A DNA stretch of 64,000 nt, taken from assembly GCF_964355755.1 (NCBI RefSeq), contig NC_092673.1:20395648-20459647 (forward strand), given 5' to 3'. This DNA comes from Antedon mediterranea. Its lineage: Eukaryota; Animalia; Echinodermata. Shown here one piece after another: positions 49,648-62,272 of this stretch (within the stretch, counting starts at the first letter, position 1; each line of letters starts with the position of its first letter). The notes under the pieces were generated by a model, which was given only the letters and a program-made list of their open reading frames with translations, was not told where the DNA came from and did not search any database. A program made the position numbers and the translations under genes.

Positions 49648-52600
49648 CTATGAAGTCACTGCAAATGGATGATCCTTGTGGTCAAAAATCCTTTAAAAAA
49701 AACCAGAAAATAAATTAAAATAATTTAAGAAATAATTTCAATGAATTCTAGTTTAAATATTCTATTTTTCAGTTTCTGTATCTGTATTACAATTTGATTT
49801 TAAATCTAAATTAAAAAATATGTAATTTTTTTAAACTGCTTAGAAAAGCCAACATAGGAAATCAAATATTATATACCTGCCAACTTTTTCAGTGGACAAT
49901 GCACGAGATAATAAATTTAAGTTGTATATAGCGCCCTCTGTGTTATTTTAACTAAAAATAAATATGCCCTCTATGTTTGATTTTTTACAAAATTTAGTTT
50001 TCCTGTACTACATAAAACAAAAAAACACAGGCCTAGGCTAATTATGTTCACATTAATTGAATAATGTGCAGTCCTATGCTATTTTTCTATCAAGTTAATT
50101 TCAAAATAATGTTTTTGATGAATATTTTTATGGATGTGTGAGATGATGGGTGAGGCATACATGTTTTATTTATTCATGCGCGAGAGTTGGCAGGTATAAT
50201 ATTATACAAAGTAACTATTAATATTAATAGTAAGTATATATTAGGTTTGCCATAGAATGGTATATTGTCAATATTATTAAAGGATTTTTTTGTTTGTCAA
50301 GAGCCAGTTGATTTACTCACCATTCCAAAGCACACCCTCTATAGTTCTTATTCAAGTTTAACAAAAGTCTAACATCTTCTGGTTTCAACTCAAAGTTCAT
50401 TGACTGAAATACAAGGTAAAAATAATTATAATCATTTATACTTTTGTACATACTAAACTTTATCTTTGGTTATTAAAAAAGAAGACTCACTTCAAAATTG
50501 GCTTGAATGCGAGAAGGAGTCACGCTTTTTGGAATGACCACAATGCCACGTTCAACTGCGAAGCGTATGAGTACCTGAGCGGGACTTTTCTTGTAACGGT
50601 TCGCAATTTCAACAACAATTGGGTCATCCATAACTGACGGGTCTGTCTCCTTCACCCTGAAAATACACCATCAATACCTTATAATATATACATCAACTAA
50701 AACAGAATCTGGGGTGGGTTTCTTTCGAAGTTGCTTACATTTTTGTATTAGTTTTTAGGTGAGGATGTTAAAGCTGAGGTACAGGTTTGAATTTTAAATA
50801 TAATATCTGGTTAATTGTACATAAATCAAATATTTGTAATAGAAATCAAGATGAAAAAACATGAATTTCTCTTAAAACGGTCATATAAAAAATTGGCAAA
50901 ATTCTGCTATAAAAACCAGCAAGACTTTTTTTCAGTAGTTAGGTAGTTTAATCCATGTAATAACATTTCTGGTGACTCCCTAGAAGATGAAATAGATGGT
51001 GGATATACGGTGGATATCAATTTTTGCTATAGCATGAAAATAAAACTCTGAAGTTGAATAAAAATACTAGAAATGTAAAATTCAAGTTATATTACCTATA
51101 TTTAGTCATCTGATAACATTTTTTACCACACCATTTATTTGTCATAGTTTTTTAAAAATGCCTCTCTATTTACAACATTTGTGTACAAAACAATAGAGAT
51201 TTTACTGTGTAATTTAAACTATCTATCTCTGATAAAAAAGTGCTTATTTTCAACAAGATGGTGTAATTGAAACAAATAAAATCCCAAAAATTATGAAACA
51301 TAGGGGAAACTATAGATCGATAATTATTGGAATGTATGATCAATAGAATTTTGTTTCCGCACCTGGCCTTTAGAGTCAAATTAAACATTTTCTGGGTTAA
51401 AATCTTTCTGACTTATCCGACTCTCCCTCCACATGACTGAACTACTTTTCATTGTATTTATATGCTATTTTATGTATTGACAACTAGTTTTATATATTAT
51501 GTCATTGTGTATTATGTTATATTGTGGAAATAAATTGAAATTAAAATTGAAACACAGATGGGGATGCATCAATTTATATTTCATATTAATTATTGTCAGC
51601 ATTATTGATGGTCATTATAAAGTTTATAATTTAACAATACAATAATTTTAATCCAAAATAAACCTAAAATTTAATTATATATTTCATCGAACAATGGCAT
51701 TTTAAAAATAGATTTTAAAAAAATGTATAAAATTATGTGTGTTTAATTGTGAAAATCCATAAAAAAAAATTGTAGAATTATGCAAAATGGAAATTAAAAC
51801 AGTTTGTGCATATAATTGATAATTTTAAACAAAATAAATTATGCAAAATTAATATGTAAATATTATTCTGTAAAAGTTAAGCTAGTTAATAGTAATATAA
51901 TAAATTGTTTAATGCAATTCTCTTTTAAAAAAAAACAAAATGCATTTCATTAATATTGATTTCCAAGGTAAATATTGACTGCAATAAAGATCATTGTTTT
52001 GTTTCACTTTGCTGGCCTAGCATAATATATAAATGATGAAATATTGCTTAGTTGAGCTCCGTTTTCATTAACAGTGGTTGCAGGCTAGGCAAATAAATCT
52101 TACCATGGTCTTTGTGGAGAGCCAAGTGGGCTATACGCCGTAACCACAATTCCCTTGCTTTTACAGAATTCAACCATAGGCTCTTGCGTCAAGTATGGAT
52201 GAAGTTCAATCTATAAATGATAATAACAACGGTTTTAATTAACCCATTGAGTGCCAACTTCGCATTTATGCGAACAGGACGCCACCACTCGCTGTGCCAA
52301 CTTTGCATTTATGCGAATAGACTAGTTGTACTGGCTGTGCCAACTTCACATTAAAAAACTGCGAAAAAAATGAACGTCTCAATAAAATAGTCTTCACCAA
52401 GTCTATTTGTATTGACATGCATATTAAACAAAAGCCAATGAACCATTCTATATTTTGACGCGAACATTTGTAGGGCTTACTATATTGAAAATTTGAGTAT
52501 TTTGAGGTTAAAAAAAATGTTGGTTTGAAGTCGTCGCTGCTGTGCTTGACGACGATGGCTCGGATATTGACATCGATTACGATATAGGCCTAGCTAGCTA

Positions 52601-55600
52601 GGCCTAGAAAGAAATTGATGAAGGCCAAGGCAGGCAAGGTGGTATGGACGTGGACTCCTCAAATTATCTAGGCCTCGGTCTAGTAGGTCAGCGCTAGGCT
52701 ACTACTATATTAGCTACAGTAGCTTGGCCTAGACCTAGCTAGCTGTACACATATTGCTAAAAACCTATAAAAAAATATAATAAAAATAACTTTGCATTTA
52801 GAAATGTCTGATGAACATTTGTTTTTAACATTTGATTTTTTGAAATTATCAATAGCTTATTTGCAAAATATTACTGCCCTGTCAAAAATGTTGTTTATTC
52901 TCGCGTTGATAAAAAATGAGCTGGCAATACTTCACTGAAACAATGGGCCAATAAACATCTGGCAGTCAATGGGTTAATTAATTCACTTTTTTTTTAAATG
53001 TTACCTTGATATCTATATATAAATCCAAAGTAAAATTACTGAAAAAATGACAATGCTGTGGGTATCAGTGGCTGGATCTATAGGGATATTGTTTTAAATA
53101 AGCAAAAATCTAAATCACTAGCCCTTCATCAGTGCAAGAGTACATAGACAAAATTGAGAATATAAAGCAGACATGCACTGCCTGAGTGAACTGGAACAAA
53201 AGAATTGAAATATATGATGTTTTATCTATATCAAAAATAAAACTTGGTTACTTCATAGTACTTTATTACAGTAAACATTTGTTTCGTATGCTAGCAGATT
53301 AATAATTACTCTTTTTACCAGGAAAAGTCCATTGCGTACAGCCCAGGACAAAAAGAAATTTACCTACCTGGTTGACTGCCACTGGAACTTTGTTTGGCAT
53401 TGCAAGTATTTGTTCAATTTGTTGTTGGTTGAAGTTGGACACTCCGATAGATTTGCATAAGCCTTTAGACACAAGTTCTTCCAAAGCCTTTAAACAATTA
53501 AGAGAGAAAGGATCATGTATCTATTTCGTATATAAATTGTTAAGGCTCTACTTGTGATCTGTCAAAGCTTCTCAAAGCTGCGTGTGGCGCAGTTTGTTGG
53601 ATTACTGATCGTGAGATCGTGGTTCGATTCCAAAACTCACCGCATTGCTTGTATCCTTAGGCAAGATACTTTACTTACGTTGTAAAAAATGGGTACTGGT
53701 TAGATCAAGACACAACTTGCGTTGATTAGTAGCTGCATTATTATGGGAGTATGTTTCCATACATGTTTCATCCAAAAAATTACCCTGGTAATAATGTGCA
53801 GCGCATTGAGAGCTTGCTTATATGCGCTAAATAAGAATGAACTATTATTATTATATTTCCATTTTTCACAGAAGTCTTCAATAAAATCAGAATTAGATTT
53901 ATTATAATAATAGTATTCGTACTCTACTGATATAAATAGTTGCACATTAATATTTAATACTATTTACCTAAATTTTAATTAATACAGTATTCCAATCATT
54001 CAGTGTTAATGCTTAGGGTTTTCTTTAATACACAAACACTATTACAAACTTTACCTTCCATGTATCTGTAAATGGAATTTCTTCTGCATATAGGAATTTG
54101 CCATTATCATCTTTAGGGAACATGACATCACCTCTCTACAAAAGAAATGATAGAATGCAATGACAAATATACCAGAGCAATAATAAAGGCCATGATTCTA
54201 AAAGTATGGACCAGTGCGAGGGAGTTGGGGGCGTGCTTTCTTGCTACCTACATCGACACACTTTTGGTGGTTTCTAGGTCCAGGCGACAACCGAAGACAC
54301 GTCATTTGTTCCTAGGTCATCAGTTTCACCACAGTTCTAACTTCCATTATTACTAATTTGTAAGTTTAATTTGTTACTTTTACAAGATTCACTAGAAATC
54401 AATTTTTGTTTTATATTACCGGAACTAAACTGTGATTTCCCTGTTAAAATACTTTCTGTATCCTAAAGCATTCCTAAAGCTCTGTCTACACTATCAAACT
54501 TTATGTGAAAAAAAAATGTGATGTGCCCATATATGGACATGATGATGTCATATCACTACCACATTTGGGCATATTTCTAACATATTTGGGCATATCAAAC
54601 TTGTTGTCAAACTAGTTTGATAGTATAGACAGAGCCTTAGTTACTTAAAAAAAATCTGTGAAATGTTACTCATTAGCCATTTACACCCTAACTTTTGCTT
54701 TGTTTTTTAATAGTTTTATTTAACATTTCATGTGTTATAATTATATGTATCGTCGGGGCCCGCATGAGACAAGCCTTCGCTTCTAGTGCTGGCCCCAGAT
54801 TATTGCAATAAACTGAATAAATGTGAATAAATGAATGAATAGTGTAGAATTTATATTGAGTTCAACAAAACGGTACTCGCCTTGTAAGCCATTGGCCAGT
54901 GGATAAGATAAAGGTCAACATAGTCCAAACCCAGCAACTCAAGACTATCTTGAAATGACTTCATCACATCATCAGGATGATGGTATGTATTCCACAGCTG
55001 TATGGAAAATAAAATAATTTTTTGGTAATTTAAATTTGTTAGACATGATACATTTGTATATGTAAAAAATTGCTTGAAATTTAGCATACACACATAAAAT
55101 TGTCTATTCAGCACTAAAACATAATTTATGAAACAAATTTTATTATAATTAAATGTTGGAAATTGTGTTGCGTCTAGTTTATTCATTCATAGTTACAATG
55201 AGGGTTTTATTTTTATTCAAATGGTCTATTTACTGTAGGTCTATATTTTTTATTAATATCTTTGTTTACAGATGGTGACCATAAACAACAAGCAAATGCG
55301 GACAATAAAGGGACCCTTAAATACTATGATTTTGACAGTAGCCCCAGGGCTGAGTCACAGAAATAAGCGCACACATTCAGCTGGCCCCAGCCTGGCACCA
55401 CTTTTCCTACACATACAAACTCATAAAATGAGGTTATAGTACGTAGAAGTAGGACTCTTTTAAAACGGTTTTCTGTATTTAAAAATTAAAATCAACATGT
55501 TTTGGCTTTTCAATAATAACAGACATAGGCTACAATTAGTTTTTGTCACACGCGATGGCGATAATAGCGGTAAATGAAGCATAAAGAAAATGGCGGTTGA

Positions 55601-56504
55601 TCACTGTTTTCGCGATATGAAAACAATTCCAAAGTCCTTATATGATGACATCACACACGTATCAGCACTCCATTGGCTGATTATGACGTAATGCAAATTT
55701 ACCGTACCTTTAGTAAACGGAAGTTAGGATACGGTACCGTATCTTTAGCCACAGCGTTAATTTAAGGGTAAAATTGTTAAATCTCTATAATAATGTTCCG
55801 ATCTTTGTTTATGTTATTGTTGCTTAATTGAATGTATTTGTTATAGTTTACTAGATTCAACCTGTTAGTGGCGGTTTCATCGCTGTTGGTTGTCAACTGA
55901 ATAAAATAAATAAATAAAATAAATCATTTGACTAAACTCTACCTTGCTAGTAATAAACAAGTCTTCTCTCTTTACAGTACCATCGTCAAATTTAGCCTTC
56001 AGAGCAGTTCCAACCTCTCCTTCATTCTGGTATGCACGGGCACAATCTATGTGTCGGTACCCCATTGAAATTGCTGCTTTTACTGCATTCTCAACCTCAC
56101 CTGGTTTAGACTGAAAAATGTAAGTGAAATTAAATCTCACAATTAATAAATTGACCATTTCATTAAATTCATTATTTTCATTTATTGAAGCCTGCGTAAA
56201 GTATGTCTGGTCGCTAAAATATACATAATACTAGGTCTTTATAGTTAGGTTATAGACCATGCCTAGCTAGGCCTTAGTATAGACCTTTAAACTACGCACA
56301 AGAGTCAACCAACACACGAAGATTCCTCGCACAATCAGTTTCCTCATAAGAAGCGAAGGCCTAGGCCTAGGCCTAGCCTAGACTTGGCCTACAGAAAATC
56401 AAATTTTGCCCAATAAAATAGTTAAAAAACCATACCTGCCAAGTACCTAAACCAATAATGGGCATAAGTGCACCGCTTTGAAGCTTTAAAGCATTTTTCA
56501 ACAT
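49648..56504 (-). CDS. AKR1B1: Aldo-keto reductase family 1 (aldose/aldehyde reductase-like), 317 aa, 9 coding exons
   Basis: Exons 56436-56504, 55943-56110, 54881-54997, 54055-54135, 53368-53487, 52104-52210, 50491-50656, 50321-50403, 49648-49690 (954 nt). Motifs [66 protein letters not shown]; catalytic D/Y/K/H intact. The symbol is a family-level assignment; AKR1A vs AKR1B is not resolved. Confidence 0.95.
49873..50197. mobile_element. hAT-like MITE in the last AKR intron
   Basis: TIRs atacctgccaact / agttggcaggtat with an 8-bp TSD aatattat on both sides. Confidence 0.8.
52243..52973. mobile_element. Non-autonomous piggyBac-like element in AKR intron 5
   Basis: ttaa|CCCATTGAGTGCC ... GGCAGTCAATGGG|ttaa, with subterminal gtgccaactt repeats. 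Confidence 0.85.
53049..53140 (-). mobile_element. Second Penelope-like remnant (truncated hammerhead)
   Basis: The minus strand has gcaCTGATGAagggctagtg and agatccagccactgatacccacagcattgtc, matching 35487-35625. Confidence 0.55.
53577..53854 (+). mobile_element. tRNA-derived SINE in AKR intron 4 (antisense to AKR)
   Basis: A-box tggcgcagtttgttgg, B-box ggttcgattcc, central tgtatccttaggcaagatactttac domain, and 3' cagcgcattgag...gcgctaaataa...(tta)n tail. Confidence 0.8.
54477..54636. mobile_element. Complete MITE family 1 copy in AKR intron 3
   Basis: agctctgtctacactatcaaact ... agtttgatagtatagacagagc TIRs. Confidence 0.85.
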
Positions 56505-56632
56505 TTTATGATGATTAATTCACAGATTAATTCGATAAATGATCCCACTTTTAACACCACTAGGCCAACGACGATCGCGCTTGAAAAAGAAAGGAGGTTT
56601 GCAGCAGCATGCAGCAGTAGCTAGCTCAGCTC

Positions 56633-56643
56633 TGCTGTGTCAT
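56633..56643 (-). promoter_or_regulatory. Antioxidant response element (Nrf2/CncC-sMaf) in the AKR promoter
   Basis: ATGACACAGCA on the minus strand (RTGAYnnnGCA), ~130 nt upstream of the ATG; a second match GTGACTCAGC lies at 55349-55358 in intron 2. Confidence 0.5.
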
Positions 56644-57678
56644 GTCACGTTTTTTATTTTCCCAGGTACGCACATCAAAAGTACACTGACCATCAGATTT
56701 CCCAATGTCAGAGGTCTTTACTAAAACACCATTTGTTTTATTTAAATATTATTATACAGTATATAACATTCAGTTAATTACAAGTATTTTATATTAGGAT
56801 TTTTTAAAAGATAGCTAGGAGATCAGTTGGTGGTCTAAAAAATCAATCGTAACAGAATACCCTTTCCAAAATCGACGAATCCTTTATCTCGCGCAAACAT
56901 ACATCCAATCGCCTACTGGATATTTGGTATTTTTTGCACACAAAATGGTAAGAATATATCACACGTTACTCAGTAATGTTAGTCGTCATTATATTATTAG
57001 CAAATCACATTAAATAGACAGCTTGCTACATTTCCATGTAACGACCATTAACGCAGAACCTTTTAACAGTATTAATTTTATGGGACAACTGGTGAGGAAT
57101 CGTAACTACAGTACAGTAGTGTGAATATAGGCCTATCCATAATCCACGGAATATAGTATATGCATCTTTTATGGTCATGTTTTTATAAGACTGATTATTC
57201 ATTCGGTGACCTGTCTCAAACGAATAGCTAAGCCTACTTGATTTTTATTTATATGTTTAATTTATTCAACATGGTCTTGTCGTCGTCACGATTTATCCGT
57301 ACATTATCATCAGCTCCTCCTCATAGTCACAATCAATTTCTATTTCAATCAATTTAGATTAGCACATTGTAATTATTATTATAAGATATAAACACAACAG
57401 GCAAAGAACATCAATTCTAAAGCGCCCGGTGATATACTTTATATACTGATCGGGATACTGATAAAACTATAAGTAGGCATATAGGCCTGTACACACATTA
57501 GACAACATTAATTATAAATATATGTATTTATTTTATATTGGTTGACATGATCTACAATTTTAACAAGCATTTTGATTATTACTGTATTTTATCACTTCTC
57601 GATATTAATTATGTTGTATTTTTTCATAACTAAGGGTTATTTATTTGATTATACATGTCAACATATTACACACACAAA

Positions 57679-57852
57679 AATAAACGCCTTCCTCAAATAA
57701 ACTCCTCCTCCGAATAAACGCCTTTCTCTAATAAACTCCTCCTCCGAATAAACGCCTTCCTCTAATAAACTCCTCCTCCGAATAAACGCCTTCCTCGAAT
57801 AAACTCCTACTGTAAAAACCCTCCTCTACAATAAACGCCCGAGGCGTTTATT
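57679..57852. repeat. 17/34-bp tandem repeats ending in a hairpin (TE subterminal-type)
   Basis: (aataaacgccttcctc / aataaactcctcctccg)n followed by aataaacgcccgaggcgtttatt. Confidence 0.75.
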
Positions 57853-58152
57853 TGTCACTCGAGAAAAGCTACTCCAGTGGAGTCCGGGACGATTCGGACA
57901 ACATAGTGGAGTACCGTTCACTTGTATTGTGTGTGTTATGTTATTGTAAAAATTATTTTATCGACAAATTAAAACCGCTTTAAAATCGAAATAAAAATAT
58001 TTATTTATTAAGCGTCATCCGCTCACCCTAACGAGTTTTACAATAACAATTTTCCCTTATTATTATATGATATATACACAGAATCCGGTAAATCAAATCC
58101 ACTTCAGAGTCTGCACATGCGTTAGCATGAGGTACTACCAATAACCCCCGAG

Positions 58153-60600
58153 TCACCTTTTGATACCCAGAGTTTTTTTCTGATTTTTGAAGCGTTCTTT
58201 GACATAATCGTATAATTGATATTCCCAATACATTTCTTCTAATAGAATGTTGTTGACTTCCTCTGTTGGCATTACTTTAGACTTCGTTTGAAATGGTTTG
58301 CTAGTCTTTTGCTCTGAAATAATTATAAAATAATTTTCAAGACACAACTTATAATGTTGAACTCAACTGAACCTGTACAGGCTGTCTATTACGACGGTAA
58401 ATAACAATCTTCCCACTCGGGACACGCAACGCAAACGAGCGACAGTTTGGTGATTGGTCAAATCACGTGCGCTTACGGTTCTTGCGTTGCGTCCCTATAG
58501 TGGACCTGGTAACACGCTTCCAGCATGCCTCCCTATTCTATATCGTCATCATTAAAATAATCATACTTGTTAAACTATAATATTCTTAAAATTACATACT
58601 TTGGCGTCGAACAATTTCAGCAGTAGCACCCTGAAATAAGCGAGGTATTGCTTTTTCTAGGACAGCAAATGTGTCTTCAATTTCCTCTAGTAGTCCTACC
58701 GTTACGAAGCTTCGTTTTATGTTAGCTTTAGCCATATCCAAAGGAATTGAACTATTTAACAAACTGTTAAAAAAACAATCGCATTCGTCGAGTCAGAAAT
58801 ACTCGTGAACGCAGTATCATGGAGCAATACAATACTAAATGTTGCCCTCATATTGTGTCTACACTATCAAACTTTAAAAAAAATGTGATGTGAACATAAT
58901 TGGACATGATGTCATATCGCTACCATATTTGGGCACATTCCTACCACATATGGGAACATCACACCTTATTGTCAAACTAGTTTAATAGTGTAGACAGAGA
59001 TTAAGAAAAAAAATTAAGTCACAGGTCAATTTATACTGAAATATCTATCTTACCTGCACTGAGGGCTGTGTCCACAAAAGAATGGAATTATATACTGAAG
59101 TCTATTCCCTGAGCATTCAGGAAGTCGCTTTAGTACACATTCGTTAATGGTCTGTAAAAATCAATTGCTTATAAAAAAAACGTTTTTATGGTGTAATATT
59201 ACTATTTATTATTGAAGTATTTCATAAGTATTGATAGGACTGTTTTTAAGCTTGGTTCCCTAGCAACGCAAGGACGTAAGCGCATCGCAAGCAACAACCA
59301 AGCACGACGCGATGAATCGCCCAACTATCGTTTCTGATTGGTCAACTCACTGCGTTACACTTACGTCATTGCATTGCGTCCACAAGTAGGGGGAGACCGA
59401 GAATTTAAGTGGCACAAATCTGTAGTATTAGAATTACCTGATATTTACTTTGATCTGTACCCAAAAAGTTCATAGGATTTCTATCGTCACCAAAACGTCT
59501 GAAGTAGTACTGCGATATGAACCTGTCTATGGGATCTCGAATTATGTTTATATACCTAACCCTTTTCGAGCTAGATGGATAAGGTAATTATAAAACCATT
59601 ACAAATTAATATTTTATTTATTTGTTATTTTCATTCTAGCAAGAACTACTGTCGATACATTACTGTACATGCATTTTATATTGACTTCCCTCATATCACT
59701 CTAAGCCACCAGCCTCCCACCCAACACAACACGCACACAAACACGTCACATGCTGATTATTATCCGATTAAATTATTTTAGTATATCTCCTACCAGAGAA
59801 GAGTGAATGGTACCTACTTACTTTGGAAAAGTTAAAAAATGCATATGGCGCTCAAATAAAACCGGAGGTTCCGCCGCCCGAATTAATTGCTTTATCAAAT
59901 CCTAAATTGTAAAAAATAGACAACAAAAATCGATAAACATTAAATATTCTGTGTTATATTTTTTTGTATCTTACAACGTCGTCTCCCAGATAACAATTAT
60001 TGTTGAATCATCCAAAAGCAAATCGCTATACTGGCTGGCTTGTATTAGTCCTACCATGTTGTGAACGTACAAGCGTATGCCGACACAGGTGTAAAGGAGT
60101 TCACACAAGAATTTAAATAAATGGAAAAGGACCATTGATTTGAATCAAATTTTAAATATTGTACTACCTTTTTATTTTCTGGTAGATGAAGAGGGCCATA
60201 TATTGTAGAGCTTATCATATTATACTGGTTTCTGTTCGCTAAATATCGGAAAATATCTAAAGCGGTTCGACTTCCACACTTAGGTACCCGGTTGAAGATG
60301 ATTCGTTCATCCTAGATAGACAAAATGTAACGAATTATCTACAACATGTATGTAATAGAATTTGATATATATTATGACATTGTATCATACGACTCACCGT
60401 GTTTTTATCAAATGTGCTGCCTAACGGTAGATAATGCATTGTCTGTTTTAATTCTTTCCAATAAAAAAATCTCTTCTTTTTCCTCCTACCATTCTTTGAT
60501 TTAATAATACTACTAGACCTACTATTGTTTTTCGGGTCTGATTTGATTGGTAAAATAAAATGTTTCATGTCATTTGATTTCTTATCGAAAAACAATTTCC
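58153..60600 (-). CDS. UST: Uronyl/heparan sulfate 2-O-sulfotransferase family (UST-like) stem and catalytic exons
   Basis: Exons 60398-60600, 60168-60311, 59822-59901, 59438-59570, 59054-59151, 58600-58763, 58153-58313 splice in frame. Motifs: 5'PSB IIFNRVPKCGSRT, RHMHF, 3'PB INIIRDPIDRFISQYYFRRFGD, IIPFFCGH, VGLLEE, EYQLYDYVKERF. The 5' transmembrane exon appears disrupted (see findings). Confidence 0.88.
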
Positions 60601-61055
60601 CTGTAAAATACAAATCATATAAATTCCATATATCATTTCTGTATACAAAATACAAGCAACTTAACCATTGTTACGCCTACTTTTGGTAATCGGTATATGA
60701 AAAATAAATATTGCCAAATTGTTTGTGTCTATTGAGAGGTATAAGGCCTATATGTATTTGAAAAAGGGTCGGCTATTCACGTACAATTAGCGGACATAAC
60801 CACCATCGTAAAAAAAAGAGAACACCTGGTATGGTATCCATATTATTATAGAGGCTGAATTAAAGATCTTAAGTTAATAAATGCTCGTCTCGTACTCTAA
60901 TTGCCATAACTAGGCCTACAAACTAAAAAAACAAGAAAATAATAATCAATCAGTCGATAGAGATACCTTTAGCCTGACAGTCAATCTAATAACTTTAGTA
61001 AAATGCCAAATCCTAAACAATGTTATATAAAAGATAATGATGTACTCAGGCATAC

Positions 61056-61619
61056 ATTGCTATATTTTGTATCTGTCATTGGGAAGCCACTTGGTTGCCT
61101 AGGGATTCCCAAAAAGTGTATAAAGTTTGCGGTATCTGTTGAGTTTCTCGACGTTTGATCAATATGCTTTGATCGTCCTCAACAGTTCTTTTCAGAACTA
61201 AGATATATACGTGGTGCAAACTTTATATCAACATTTGATTTCGCCATGCAAACCTTCAAACAATAGGCCTAATTAGTAATAGTACTGTAGTAATAAACTA
61301 CAAATAAAGTAGTATGCATGCCTATATTAGGCCTATTGTATATATATAACTAGGGACGATTAGTAGGCCCTAGTGCTCCATGCTATAACCATGTCTCATA
61401 AACTTCTTCTTCGGTAAACAACAATCCACATACCTTTTGGAGCTGCATTAGAGTCTGAGAATGATGTTGTTGGAATTAGCTTGTGGATTGGTCGTTCTCA
61501 GTAATATTTGAGCAGGGAGTTGTTATTAATAACAACTCCCTGATTTGAGGTAGGTATCTAATGCTCAGAAAAAGGCTATAAATAACCAACAAAACTATAA
61601 TCTTTGATAGTTTGTCCAT
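61056..61619 (-). pseudogene. Disrupted 5' exons of the UST-like gene (type II TM exon 61434-61619; stem-like exon 61056-61197)
   Basis: ATG at 61619 gives MDKLSKIIVLLVIYSLFLSIRYLPQI, then a palindromic insertion and an in-frame stop before the strong donor AAG|gtatgt at 61434. The 61056-61197 segment has splice signals but a stop in every frame. Confidence 0.55.
61513..61542. mobile_element. 30-bp perfect palindrome insertion with 7-bp TSD
   Basis: atttgag|cagggagttgttattaataacaactccctg|atttgag. Confidence 0.85.
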
Positions 61620-61819
61620 TTCGTATATAGAAGCAAATTTTTTTTCCGAATCATCAATTCAATAGCTATTCAAAAACCAATTGTCGTTATCTAACGTACC
61701 GTATACCGTTTAATCATGGACCTGAATACATATGAATAAAAGAAAATAAAATAAGGCCGAATATATACCTCTAAAATATAATATAATGCAGGATCCTTCG
61801 TGGTATAATGAGTTGAATT

Positions 61820-62037
61820 GTCAGACGTCAACCTAATTTCAACGTTGATACAACGTTGAATAGTGACGTTGTACCGACCATGAATTGTCAGACTTTAACC
61901 CGAATTCAACGTTGTATCAACAATAAAATAGTTGTATCAACATGGGTAGACCGACGTTGTTCCGGCGTTGATATTGGATTGTCCGACATCGCGACCTAAT
62001 TTCAACGTTGATTCGACGTCGGTATGTCCGCTGGGTA
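61820..62037. mobile_element. TIR-element remnant with aacgtt subterminal repeats
   Basis: Repeated ttcaacgttgat/cgacgt motifs ending in tgtccgctgggta. Confidence 0.5.
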
Positions 62038-62272
62038 TACACGTCATAATATTACACAAAAAAACCAATTCAATTCAACGGAAAGAAAAGCATTTTATTA
62101 ATAAACCTTGTTTGTTGTTGACATTTTAGCACGATAGGCCTAGTATTATACTCCAACATGCACGAACAAAAACAAGATATTTTCTGACGGTGTTTTAGGC
62201 CTAACTGTTAATTGAAAATACATTTAGTGATTTAAGATTTAAATAACAGTAAAAATGTCATTATGTAAACTT

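Noticed and set aside
53577-53640. tRNA gene
   Set aside because: A and B boxes are present but there is no complete cloverleaf; it continues into a SINE body and tail.
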